A stretch of 64,000 nucleotides of DNA from a virus (lineage: Duplodnaviria > Caudoviricetes): the IMG/VR virus record IMGVR_UViG_2061766007_000959; one strand, 5' to 3'. The notes beneath the pieces were generated by a model. It was not told the origin of the DNA and made no database searches. It saw only the letters and a list, made by a program, of their open reading frames with translations. Shown piece after piece: positions 28,274-37,554 of this stretch (the stretch's first letter is position 1; every line of letters begins with the position of its first letter). The position numbers and the translations under genes are program-made.

Positions 28274-29494
28274 ATGAGTTACGATATTACACAAGCGGTC
28301 AAAATAACGAACGCGTCCCCGAACGTCGATTGGTATTACGGGGGCGACGACGGTGTTTGGGCAAGCCTCGCGGCGGCGAAAACGGGTGTCCCGTCGGTTG
28401 TCCGAATGATAGGCAAAACGGTGTTGGTGAACGTTGCCGCGTCGGGTGAAACGCCCGTTTACAAAGAATATTGGTGGAAGGACGGTATAACAGACAACGA
28501 CTTGGTTGAAAAATCAGGTGGCGGTTCGGTGACGAGTGTCAAGGTTGGCACGACGACATACACGCCGACAAGCGGTGTTATATCGTTGCCTGCGTATTTA
28601 CCGTTGTCGTCAACGGGCAGTACGGTATGGAGTACAAGTTCGGACACACCCGTATATTTTGGCGGAAACAGCTCAACCGAGACATATATCGGTTTCAAAA
28701 AAGACACGGGTCAAACAATGGGTTATATCGGTGTCAAAGAAGTGAGCGGCACGGCGCACCCGTATTTTTACGACGGGACGAGCAAGGAAATGGCGTTGAA
28801 ATCGGACATACCGACAACATTGCCTGCGTCGGACGTGTCTTCGTGGGCGAAGGCGTCAACAAAACCGAGTTATACGTTGGACGAGGTTTCGGACGGAACA
28901 ACACGTAAACTTGCGAATTATTTACTATTGTCGGGCGGAACGGTTACGGGGCGAATTGTCAGGGAAGGCGGCGGACAATGGATTCAAGGACGTGCGCAAG
29001 CCGTTATTTTTGGAAACGGAACAAATACGTCGGCATGGAATACGGTATGGTCGCAAAAAACAAAAAACGGCGCGTGGACGGCAGGTTGTTTGGGTAGTGA
29101 AAATGTTTTAAGATTTGTATATGACACCGATACGAATTTTAACGCAGGAACGAACACCGCAACATATACAATATCATTCCCGACGGCAACAGGCACAGTT
29201 GCGTTGACATCGGATTTATCAAGTTATTTACCGTTATCGGGCGGAACAATGACAGGCACACTGTCGGTAAATAATATAAACGCAACGGATTCCAATGGTA
29301 TGCTTGCATACAAGCCGACAAGTTGGACGGGTGTTTCAAGTTCACAATGGGGTGTTGGTGCAATAAATTGCCAAGGCGTTATACGTAGTAACGATTCCGT
29401 TTTAAAACATTATAAAGGTAGTAATACATATAATATTATTGATTCGTCAATGATATACGCGTCGGGTGACACATTATATATCAATACACAATAA
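28274..29494 (+). CDS. tail fibre protein
   Basis: N-terminal module shared with the ORF at 22584; WAKASTKPSYT and YLPLSGGTMTG fibre motifs. Confidence 0.75.
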   Translation: MSYDITQAVKITNASPNVDWYYGGDDGVWASLAAAKTGVPSVVRMIGKTVLVNVAASGETPVYKEYWWKDGITDNDLVEKSGGGSVTSVKVGTTTYTPTSGVISLPAYLPLSSTGSTVWSTSSDTPVYFGGNSSTETYIGFKKDTGQTMGYIGVKEVSGTAHPYFYDGTSKEMALKSDIPTTLPASDVSSWAKASTKPSYTLDEVSDGTTRKLANYLLLSGGTVTGRIVREGGGQWIQGRAQAVIFGNGTNTSAWNTVWSQKTKNGAWTAGCLGSENVLRFVYDTDTNFNAGTNTATYTISFPTATGTVALTSDLSSYLPLSGGTMTGTLSVNNINATDSNGMLAYKPTSWTGVSSSQWGVGAINCQGVIRSNDSVLKHYKGSNTYNIIDSSMIYASGDTLYINTQ

Positions 29495-29509
29495 CGATAC
29501 AATAACAAA

Positions 29510-30178
29510 ATGGCACAATATTGTTATTACAACGGCAACACCCAAATTAAGAAAGTCAATTTCAACGGCAACACATACCGTCGAATATCCGTGTCCCTGT
29601 CGAATATGACAAAATTGTTCATTTTGTCGAGTTGGTACAGCGGAACGTGCAAAAACGGTTTGGTTTATCAAAGGACGTATTCGGAAAGCCAAAGTAAAAT
29701 CGCGGAATCTTACACGTACACGTACAAGATTTATTCGTTGACAATGAAAAGCCCGAATAAAAGTTACACACAAACGGTGTCGTGCGACGCAGACCCTAAA
29801 CTTACGAATTGGCACACATTGCCAAATTATAGCGCGTCAACGACATTCGGTGCGGCGACGGCGCAAACGCGTGAAAGTTACACGGCGTGCGCACGTTATT
29901 ACGGAATGATGCCAGGAATGACCGTGACCGTGCCTGCGCAATACCAATGGAAAAGTTACCTAAAAGCGTCCGAACCGAAATACATCGTAAGTTTCAGTTA
30001 TTCGGCAAGCAACGTGGCGAATGACGCGGCGTTCGCGCCGAACAACTTTGCCAATTGGTACAACGTTGCCAACAATGGCGCGAATTACGTGAACGCCCAA
30101 CCGTCGCAACATTACACGGTGTCACGGCAAGTTTTCGGACACCTTTTGTGGAATTATATTTCAACATACATATATTGA
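29510..30178 (+). CDS. putative receptor-binding/fibre tip protein
   Basis: Tyr/Ser/Thr-rich beta protein following the fibre gene. Confidence 0.5.
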   Translation: MAQYCYYNGNTQIKKVNFNGNTYRRISVSLSNMTKLFILSSWYSGTCKNGLVYQRTYSESQSKIAESYTYTYKIYSLTMKSPNKSYTQTVSCDADPKLTNWHTLPNYSASTTFGAATAQTRESYTACARYYGMMPGMTVTVPAQYQWKSYLKASEPKYIVSFSYSASNVANDAAFAPNNFANWYNVANNGANYVNAQPSQHYTVSRQVFGHLLWNYISTYIY

Positions 30179-30180
30179 TT

Positions 30181-30984
30181 ATGATAGCGATAGCGACAAT
30201 GTGCAAAAAAGAAAACCCATACGTGAACGAATGGGTTGCGTGGCATTTGAACATCGGGTTCGACCGTGTTTACATTTATGACGACAACGACCCCGATTAC
30301 CCGTATGTGGGTGATTGTATCGACGCGGAATATCGGGACAAAGTGTTCGTTGTCCGTTACAACAACGTGTTGGGTGACGTTCTAACCAAACAGGCGTTGA
30401 TGATTAACCAATTCATCGAAACAATGCACGGTGACATCGAATGGTGCGCGTTTATCGACGGGGACGAGTTCATACACATAGACAATTACCCGAGTGTCGG
30501 TGAATGGCTGTCGCACGCGCCTGAGGAATGCGAGTGTGTCGCGCTCAATTGGCACATATACGACGACAACGACATAATCGTGGGTGATGAATCCGCGCCC
30601 GTTCAGGAACGGTTCACGCGTTGCGCCGACGACCGTTTAAGGGCGTTGGGTGTCGATTCGTACCGTTTGGCGAAAAAAATCGTCCGTTTGCACCGTGACA
30701 TCACCGCAGACGATATGTTTTATTTCCGCCGTAACGGTGTTTTTTTGGATATGTACGACAGTCAATTCAACAATTTGGGTGAATGTATGGCGGCGATGTT
30801 GCCCGAAACAACGGTGGGTCAACCGTGTCACATCAACCATTACGTGACGAAATCCGCGTCCGAATGTTTGAAATACAAGGTCGGCGCGTTGTGGGGTGAA
30901 TCGACAATCGAGGATTACTTTTTCAAATTCAACATACGGACACCCGAAAAAGAACAATATTTCGCGGAACACGCGGCGGAATAA
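30181..30984 (+). CDS. glycosyltransferase (GT2/GT92-like)
   Basis: KKENPYVNEWVAWH...GFD...YDD; FIDGDEF (DxD); INHYVTKS. Confidence 0.85.
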   Translation: MIAIATMCKKENPYVNEWVAWHLNIGFDRVYIYDDNDPDYPYVGDCIDAEYRDKVFVVRYNNVLGDVLTKQALMINQFIETMHGDIEWCAFIDGDEFIHIDNYPSVGEWLSHAPEECECVALNWHIYDDNDIIVGDESAPVQERFTRCADDRLRALGVDSYRLAKKIVRLHRDITADDMFYFRRNGVFLDMYDSQFNNLGECMAAMLPETTVGQPCHINHYVTKSASECLKYKVGALWGESTIEDYFFKFNIRTPEKEQYFAEHAAE

Positions 30985-31024
30985 TTCATATATTCGCGAC
31001 AACAACAAACAACAACAAAACAAT

Positions 31025-32233
31025 ATGGTAGTAACAAAAATCATTTCGGCTGTCATACCTGCGTACAGTGATGTCAGCATTGTGAAAAATTCGGTGTTGT
31101 CCCTTGCGACACAATGGATTCCCGACGACACGTTTATGTTGGAAATAATCATCGTTGACGACAACCCGAACGGGGAATATTCGTATTTCACCTCCGAACC
31201 GTTTTTGCGCATTGTGAACAAAAACGTTTGTATCAAAATCATTAAAAACGCGGAAAATTACGGTCAGGGCATTTCGCGGCAAATCGGAATCGACAACGCG
31301 TTGTCAAATTGGTTCGTTCTGTGCGACGAGGACGATATGTACGCCCCGAACGCGATGTACCGTTTTTGGGAAATATTGAACGAACAATATTGCGGCGGCG
31401 AGGACGGGAAACCCGTCGCACTTATCGCCGCGCCCGTGTACGGTTTCGACATAAACAAATCGCGCACGTTGATTCATTCTCACGCGATTTGGGTCAACGG
31501 AAAATTGTTCAACCGACAGTTTCTCCGTGACAACAACATATTTTTCCCGACGGGGGAAAGTTCGCACCGCGCCGAAGATTACCCGTTCATCGAATCGTTG
31601 AATTACGCGATAAACAACAACCCGAATTTCAAACGTATCGATTTTGACGATGACGCGGACACGTTTTATTATTGGATTCCGAACCGTAAATCACGTTCCC
31701 GTTCCGAACAATATTACACGGCGTTGTTGACACCGTTCACGACGACATCGGCACTTGCGTTGTACCAATACAAAAAATGGTACAACGAATATTACAATCT
31801 TACGTCTTCCGACAAGGACGAGGAAATGAAATACGAAATCCTTAACATAACCGCATACACATTCCATTCATACACGCGTTGGTTGTACGATATGGCGAAC
31901 GGTTGGAAGGACGACCCGAAATGCGTCGAAAAGGATTGGGAACGGTTGAAAAACAATTTACGGGATATGCGCAAAGAGTTGCGCATATATTGGAACGAAA
32001 TTTGCCCGTCCGACATTCACGACATAATGTACGGAATCAAACACAATTCCGACATACAATTCGTCGAACCGTTCATTTGTTCGTTCAACGAATGGGTCAC
32101 GAAGGGTCACAAAACCGACAAAATGTCTTTCGACGAAATCCGCGAATATTGTTCGGGGTTGAAATTCGATGAGGCGAAACACGAAATAAACACGTCATAC
32201 GTCAAGGCGTGGGTCAAACGGCACAATATATGA
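31025..32233 (+). CDS. GT2 glycosyltransferase
   Basis: ISAVIPAY, EIIIVDD, N.GQG.SRQ.G, LCDEDD, AEDY motifs. Confidence 0.88.
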   Translation: MVVTKIISAVIPAYSDVSIVKNSVLSLATQWIPDDTFMLEIIIVDDNPNGEYSYFTSEPFLRIVNKNVCIKIIKNAENYGQGISRQIGIDNALSNWFVLCDEDDMYAPNAMYRFWEILNEQYCGGEDGKPVALIAAPVYGFDINKSRTLIHSHAIWVNGKLFNRQFLRDNNIFFPTGESSHRAEDYPFIESLNYAINNNPNFKRIDFDDDADTFYYWIPNRKSRSRSEQYYTALLTPFTTTSALALYQYKKWYNEYYNLTSSDKDEEMKYEILNITAYTFHSYTRWLYDMANGWKDDPKCVEKDWERLKNNLRDMRKELRIYWNEICPSDIHDIMYGIKHNSDIQFVEPFICSFNEWVTKGHKTDKMSFDEIREYCSGLKFDEAKHEINTSYVKAWVKRHNI

Positions 32234-32520
32234 CGGAATCCGTTTTGAAATTCATCGGTCGATTCGGTGATTGCGATTGGCTTACAGGCAACTGTTACTA
32301 TTTCGCCGTCATACTGAGGGACAGGTTCGGCGGTGTCATTTGTTACGACACGTCCTGCGGTCATTTCGTGACGCGCATAGACGACATATATTATGATTAC
32401 AGCGGCGTTTACAATCCTGACAGACCTGACGCGGTAGTCGAATGGTCTCGGCTCAAAGCGCACGACCCCTTGCAGTACGGGCGCGTCTTACGGGACTGTG
32501 TCGAGAACAACACTATTTGA
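32230..32520 (+). CDS. small papain/transglutaminase-fold-like protein
   Basis: GNCYYFA..L, GHF and YYD.SG give a putative Cys-His-Asp triad. Confidence 0.5.
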   Translation: MTESVLKFIGRFGDCDWLTGNCYYFAVILRDRFGGVICYDTSCGHFVTRIDDIYYDYSGVYNPDRPDAVVEWSRLKAHDPLQYGRVLRDCVENNTI

Positions 32521-32589
32521 CGCGAATTGTTTTTGTTCGGGGAAAACCGTATATTTGTGTTCTCGAATAACAATTAAAAATTTGACGTT

Positions 32590-34236
32590 ATGAAAGTTTT
32601 AAGCGGATTGGATTTGAACGGTAATCAGATTACCAACGTTGACACTATAATTGACGGAACAGAGAATGATATAGTCAAGATAGGTAGCAACGGGGAACTT
32701 GTTGACAGCGGTGTCAGTGTCAGTGACATAGAACCGAACGTTATCGAAAGCGTCTCGGTGAACGGCACGGCTTTGACCCCGACAAACAAGAACGTTGACA
32801 TAGACCTGTCAGACTACGTCGAGACAACCGACGAGCGCATTATACCGACAGTCACCATGAACCTGTCGTATGATTTTGATATGTCAGAGGGCGTCTCGGG
32901 GAATCACATTTCAAACACCTCGTATTCCTTTCCGAACGACGAAGTGCCGAATGTACAGTTCGCGAAACTCACGCTCAATATGACCTGCAATGTGAAATTG
33001 AACGGAAGTGTCGTTATGACGTCAGAGACGACACAGAATGGTTGGTTCAACAAACACGACATTCTGAACACTGTCTCAGGGGAAGAAGAGACTATGAACG
33101 TCATACACATAACAGCACCGTTCTTTTACGGTGAGGCGGTTGTCGAGTGCGAGGCTATAATCGCATACCAAACTCTGATTATATTTGAGCCTAATTATTG
33201 GGTGAATGACGCGGTACAGGCAGGGTTGGCGGATTTCGCGGAACAACTGCCGCCTGTCGCAAAGTCGAACGACTACGACGACCTCGACAACAAGCCCGAC
33301 CTGTCAGGTTACGCCGAGACAGCGAACCTGTCGGCTGTCGCAACCTCGGGTGATTATGACGACCTGAGCAACAAGCCCGACCTGTCAGGTTACGCCGAGA
33401 CAGCGAACTTGGCTACTGTCGCAACCTCGGGTGACTACGATGACCTTTTGAATAGACCTGACTTGGCGTCAGTGGCGACCTCGGGTGATTACGGTGATTT
33501 ATCAAACACCCCCGACCTTTCTGAATTTATTTCCCAAACGGATATATACGGTTTGGGTATCGCGTTCCTCAGCGGCTTGGCGTCAGTAGCAACATCAGGC
33601 AGTTACGACGATTTGTCCGATACCCCCAACCTTTCCGAATTTATTTCCGAAACGGATATATACGGTATGGGTATCGCGTTCCTCAGCAACTTGGCGTCAG
33701 TAGCGACCTCGGGTGATTACGGTGATTTATCAAACACCCCCGACCTTTCTGAATACGTAATGTCGTCCGACCTCGCGTCAGTAGCGACCTCGGGTGACTA
33801 CGAGGATTTGTCGAACACACCCGAATTGGCAACGGTCGCAACATCGGGAAATTACGAGGATTTGTCGGACACCCCCGACCTTTCCGATTTTGTGTTGTCG
33901 GAAAATTTGGCGGCTGTCGCAACGTCGGGAAGTTACAACGACCTTGAAGACCGCCCAAATTTGACAGGGTTCGGGGCTTTCTTTTCACTGAACATACTAA
34001 ACGAGGACAGCACTGATTCGTTCACCTTTGACGCGACATATATCAGTTCTGACGCCATACCGATAGTTCAGATAGTTTACGAGAACAAAATTGTGACAGA
34101 CGGAATAGAAGTCTCGTTCGACCCGTCAACAGGTTCTATTACAGTGCAATGGGACGATACCAAGTACGACGTCAATTCCAACACGCCGCTGACTGTTTCC
34201 GTTGTCGGCGCACCGACAGAACGAGAGGATTCGTAA
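32590..34236 (+). CDS. repeat-rich fibre protein
   Basis: NVIESVSVNG motif; 8x VATSGxYxDL. Confidence 0.75.
   Translation: MKVLSGLDLNGNQITNVDTIIDGTENDIVKIGSNGELVDSGVSVSDIEPNVIESVSVNGTALTPTNKNVDIDLSDYVETTDERIIPTVTMNLSYDFDMSEGVSGNHISNTSYSFPNDEVPNVQFAKLTLNMTCNVKLNGSVVMTSETTQNGWFNKHDILNTVSGEEETMNVIHITAPFFYGEAVVECEAIIAYQTLIIFEPNYWVNDAVQAGLADFAEQLPPVAKSNDYDDLDNKPDLSGYAETANLSAVATSGDYDDLSNKPDLSGYAETANLATVATSGDYDDLLNRPDLASVATSGDYGDLSNTPDLSEFISQTDIYGLGIAFLSGLASVATSGSYDDLSDTPNLSEFISETDIYGMGIAFLSNLASVATSGDYGDLSNTPDLSEYVMSSDLASVATSGDYEDLSNTPELATVATSGNYEDLSDTPDLSDFVLSENLAAVATSGSYNDLEDRPNLTGFGAFFSLNILNEDSTDSFTFDATYISSDAIPIVQIVYENKIVTDGIEVSFDPSTGSITVQWDDTKYDVNSNTPLTVSVVGAPTEREDS
33250..33960 (+). repeat. 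tandem L.xVATSGxYxDLxxxP repeats with nested 81-nt and 120-nt DNA duplications
   Basis: 8 ATSG units plus 1 degenerate unit; near-identical DNA at about 33288/33369 and 33462/33582. Confidence 0.85.
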
Positions 34237-35048
34237 TGAGCATTGCTGTCTGCGCTTTGGCTAAATGGGAGAACCCGTACATAGACGAATGGGTCAGGTA
34301 TCATATTGACCTCGGATTTGACCGTGTCTTTCTGTACGATAACAACGACCCTGACGACCCGTATGTTGGCGACTGCATCGACGAGGGTTATCGGAACAGG
34401 GTCGAAATAATAGACCGTCGGGGCGTGAATATGCGCACAAGACAGCAGGTCGCCTATAACGATTGGATTTCACAGCATTGGAACGACTTTGATTTTTGCG
34501 CTTTTATCGACATAGACGAGTTCATAGTGACCCCTAACGGAATACGGGGGCTTGTGTCGGGAATGCCTGAGAACCGTGACTTTATGATTCTGAATTGGCA
34601 GATGTACGGTGACGACGAGACCATTGTCGGCGACGAGACGAAACCCGTGCGAGAGCGTTTCACGGTGAAACAGGGCGGCAGGAACAACGAATGGAACAAA
34701 TCTGTCAAGACAATCGTCAGGTGCGGCGGAAAACCCGTGAGAGCGTTGAACGCGCACGGATTCGTTTACGCTGACGGAGAAACGGCGTTATATTGTGACT
34801 GCAACGGCGAGGACGTCGGTTTGAAACTGAACAACAAGTTCTCGACCCGACCGTTTGAAAATCACGAATCGTACATAGCGCATTACGCGACAAAGTCACT
34901 GTCGGAATACCTGAAGTACAAAGTCAGGCGCATAGGCGTCGTTTGGAACAGTGATTCCATGAAAATACGGTATTATTTCAGACTGAACAAAAGGACGCCC
35001 GAAAAATTGGAATATATTGAGCGTTGGAAAGAAACAGGTGTGATTTGA
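34236..35048 (+). CDS. glycosyltransferase (GT2/GT92-like), paralogue of the ORF at 30181
   Basis: KWENPYIDEWVRYH, FIDIDEF, AHYATKS, RTPEK. Confidence 0.85.
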   Translation: MSIAVCALAKWENPYIDEWVRYHIDLGFDRVFLYDNNDPDDPYVGDCIDEGYRNRVEIIDRRGVNMRTRQQVAYNDWISQHWNDFDFCAFIDIDEFIVTPNGIRGLVSGMPENRDFMILNWQMYGDDETIVGDETKPVRERFTVKQGGRNNEWNKSVKTIVRCGGKPVRALNAHGFVYADGETALYCDCNGEDVGLKLNNKFSTRPFENHESYIAHYATKSLSEYLKYKVRRIGVVWNSDSMKIRYYFRLNKRTPEKLEYIERWKETGVI

Positions 35049-35093
35049 ATTGAAAATGTTGTATATTTGTGAGTAATTTTAAACTTTATAATT

Positions 35094-35492
35094 ATGGCTA
35101 AGAATTTGAATTATAAGAAAGCGAGAGCGATAAAAGATTCGCAAAAACGCGTTGAGGATATGCGCTCGGGTGGTTCAGGCTCGCTACGGTCGTCAATATT
35201 CAACCGTCAGGACGAGGCGTTGACAAAAGAGGCGATTTCCGAATTTAAAGATTCGTTTTGGTCTAACGGCGGCAAGTGCGACGTTATCGGCGGCAACTTG
35301 TCAGGCTCGAACGGCAAGAAACACGTTTGTTGCGCGTATTTGCAGATTCCTGACAAAGTGCCTATGGGCGGCGGTGTTGACGCGCTGTTGGCTAAGGTTG
35401 ACTATGACAAGAACAAAAAAATATTCAAGGCTTATTACCGTCCGAAAAACGGCAAATGGGGACAGTCTAAAAACGTTGACGAAGAGGTTTAG
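35094..35492 (+). CDS. protein with basic IKDS..RVED leader
   Basis: MAKNLNYKKARAIKDSQKRVED; own TATATTTG promoter at 35062. Confidence 0.65.
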   Translation: MAKNLNYKKARAIKDSQKRVEDMRSGGSGSLRSSIFNRQDEALTKEAISEFKDSFWSNGGKCDVIGGNLSGSNGKKHVCCAYLQIPDKVPMGGGVDALLAKVDYDKNKKIFKAYYRPKNGKWGQSKNVDEEV

Positions 35493-35495
35493 TAT

Positions 35496-35840
35496 ATGCG
35501 CGGAATAAACGACACCGATTGGGATTTTGAGACCCTGATACAGGAACACGGCATCGACTATCTTGAAGACGTGCGTCATATCAGGATTGTCGCAATGGAC
35601 GACGCGTACGACCTGTTGCCTGAGGACTACGAGTACAACGTTCGCTATATCGCTCAAAAGATATATTACGGCGGACATTGGGACGGCAGGAACAACAGGA
35701 TAGAAAACGGTTTCGCTTATTGGGCTGACTATGTTATCGACGACCGCGAGGGTTTCATACGCAGTATGATAAACGAGAGTGAGTTTTACGATTGGTGTGT
35801 CGATTGGGGTTATGTTGACAACGGCGAGGAGGACGAATAA
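35496..35840 (+). CDS. small highly acidic, aromatic-rich protein
   Basis: 114 aa, D/E/Y/W-rich. Confidence 0.65.
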   Translation: MRGINDTDWDFETLIQEHGIDYLEDVRHIRIVAMDDAYDLLPEDYEYNVRYIAQKIYYGGHWDGRNNRIENGFAYWADYVIDDREGFIRSMINESEFYDWCVDWGYVDNGEEDE

Positions 35841-35966
35841 TATGAAACTGAATCCTACAAACAAGAGCCTGACGGCTACCTGTACGACGGCAAAGAAAAT
35901 CAGCAAGTCGCTGACGGACTATCACCGTACGGGAAAGACAAAGAACGAACGCAATTTAAAAAAACA

Positions 35967-36815
35967 GTGAGACACGATTACAGGCGAGCGGTATTATCGA
36001 GAATGGCTGTCGGTATGGCTGACATTCAACTGTCGCACAACGCGCTCGCGACAGAGGTGATACTGATATACAACGACCTGAGTATTGACCACTATCAGGA
36101 CAGCCGTATCGCTGAAATCGACCGTATAAAGAAACTCGCGATATTCCGCAAGTCAGAGGAACTGACATTCGTCCCTGACGATTCGGACGAACTGTTGGAC
36201 GACAAGGAATCGGCTATACCTTACGAGGTGCTGACGACGAACACGGGTCTGCCGCGCCTGCCGAGACGTGACGATATGCTGTTGAGCGAGGGCAACCTGT
36301 ACACGGTACATCACGTCAAACCTATGAACCGAGACATAGACGGTCTGATTCAACTGATAGTGTACCCTGAGAGGACAACGTTTATAGACCCGTTGAACAT
36401 ATACAAACTGACGTTATTGGACGCGGACACATTGTTGCCTATTCCCGACCTTGCGGAATACGAGAGGGGCGACGAACCTGAACCGACGCCTGAACCTGAA
36501 CCGACGCCTGAGCCTGACGAGCCGACTGACGGTGACGAGCCTGACGGGGGTGACGTTGAGCCTGAACCTGAACCTGAACCCGAACCCGAGCCACAGCCCG
36601 AACCTGAGCCGACACCGATACCGCCTGTCGTGTACAAGGACATTGTGCTTGACATTGTATGGGGCGGAAACCCGACGGAATACTCGTTCGACAACGAGAC
36701 GTGGAAACCGTTTCAGTCGAGAATCAGGTTCAACCTATCGGAAAAAGAGGCTCACAGAGTGCTGTATATCAGGGGCGGAATGGAAATTATTTCACAAATT
36801 GTATTTTTTGACTAA
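35967..36815 (+). CDS. putative neck/head-closure protein with Pro-Glu linker (start uncertain)
   Basis: LPRRDD.L...Y.V..V pattern, position upstream of the tail genes, PE repeat. Confidence 0.5.
   Translation: MRHDYRRAVLSRMAVGMADIQLSHNALATEVILIYNDLSIDHYQDSRIAEIDRIKKLAIFRKSEELTFVPDDSDELLDDKESAIPYEVLTTNTGLPRLPRRDDMLLSEGNLYTVHHVKPMNRDIDGLIQLIVYPERTTFIDPLNIYKLTLLDADTLLPIPDLAEYERGDEPEPTPEPEPTPEPDEPTDGDEPDGGDVEPEPEPEPEPEPQPEPEPTPIPPVVYKDIVLDIVWGGNPTEYSFDNETWKPFQSRIRFNLSEKEAHRVLYIRGGMEIISQIVFFD
36471..36625 (+). repeat. Pro-Glu low-complexity repeat
   Basis: EPEPTPEPEPTPEPDEP...EPEPEPEPEPEPQPEPEP. Confidence 0.9.
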
Positions 36816-36897
36816 AAAAGTGTATCAATATTAAAATTATTTATATATTTGCAGAGTGATAAACGAATGAATGTTTAACAATTTAAAACTAAATGAT

Positions 36898-37152
36898 ATG
36901 AATATCAAGGGTTTAATGAACAAACGGGTGTCGGATAGCAATTACGATTTCACCGACACGGAAATTAAAAAAGTAATCTCAGGGGTTTACAAAATCGAAC
37001 GTCAGCCGAACGGTATTATCGTATATACCGAAAACGCGTTCACAAGCCTGACTAAATTAAATGCGCTGAAAGGCATATTCGGTGTTTCGGATATTGAAGT
37101 TGACTTTCGTTACGACCGTACACACGGGTTGATTTACACGTTGATAAAATAA
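36898..37152 (+). CDS. small protein with MNIKGLMNKRVSD leader
   Basis: Leader resembles those at 9263 and 39940; promoter TATATTTG at about 36844. Confidence 0.65.
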   Translation: MNIKGLMNKRVSDSNYDFTDTEIKKVISGVYKIERQPNGIIVYTENAFTSLTKLNALKGIFGVSDIEVDFRYDRTHGLIYTLIK

Positions 37153-37179
37153 TATTAACGGTTTAAAACTATTGCGATT

Positions 37180-37473
37180 ATGAGGGACGTACGGAACGCG
37201 AAATTGCGCCGCATATTGAATGCCGATGGTATCAAGGATGTGGTTTTGAATTTTTCCGAAGGGTTTGTGTCGGTATGGTCGGAAGACGATTTTACCAACG
37301 ACATATTGTTCCGTGCGGACAATTCGATTGAAACCCGATTGTTCAAGGATTACACGGTCGAAGAATGGGCGGATATGATTCGTGAAATATACGACGAGGG
37401 GTTGGAAAATTACGAGGAAAGTCAACAAAGAATACAGCGGAGTGTTATCCGAATGGGTGGAAACACATACTGA
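37180..37473 (+). CDS. small acidic protein
   Basis: Basic N-terminus (...RRILNADGIKD), acidic body. Confidence 0.6.
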   Translation: MRDVRNAKLRRILNADGIKDVVLNFSEGFVSVWSEDDFTNDILFRADNSIETRLFKDYTVEEWADMIREIYDEGLENYEESQQRIQRSVIRMGGNTY

Positions 37474-37494
37474 TAACAACGGTTGTCAAACAAC

Positions 37495-37538
37495 AAAAAC
37501 ACGAATCAACAAACGGTTCGTGTTTTTTTATATATTTG
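37495..37538 (+). terminator. AAACACGAA/TTCGTGTTT terminator, copy 3, fused to a TATATTTG promoter
   Basis: Stem plus T run followed directly by the -7 box. Confidence 0.7.
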
Positions 37539-37554
37539 CGAAAACAAAACGAGT

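Noticed and set aside
21541-34236. Diversity-generating retroelement or invertible shufflon in the fibre cluster
   Set aside because: No reverse transcriptase or recombinase in the window, no repeat pair differing only at adenines was noticed, and all genes are co-oriented.
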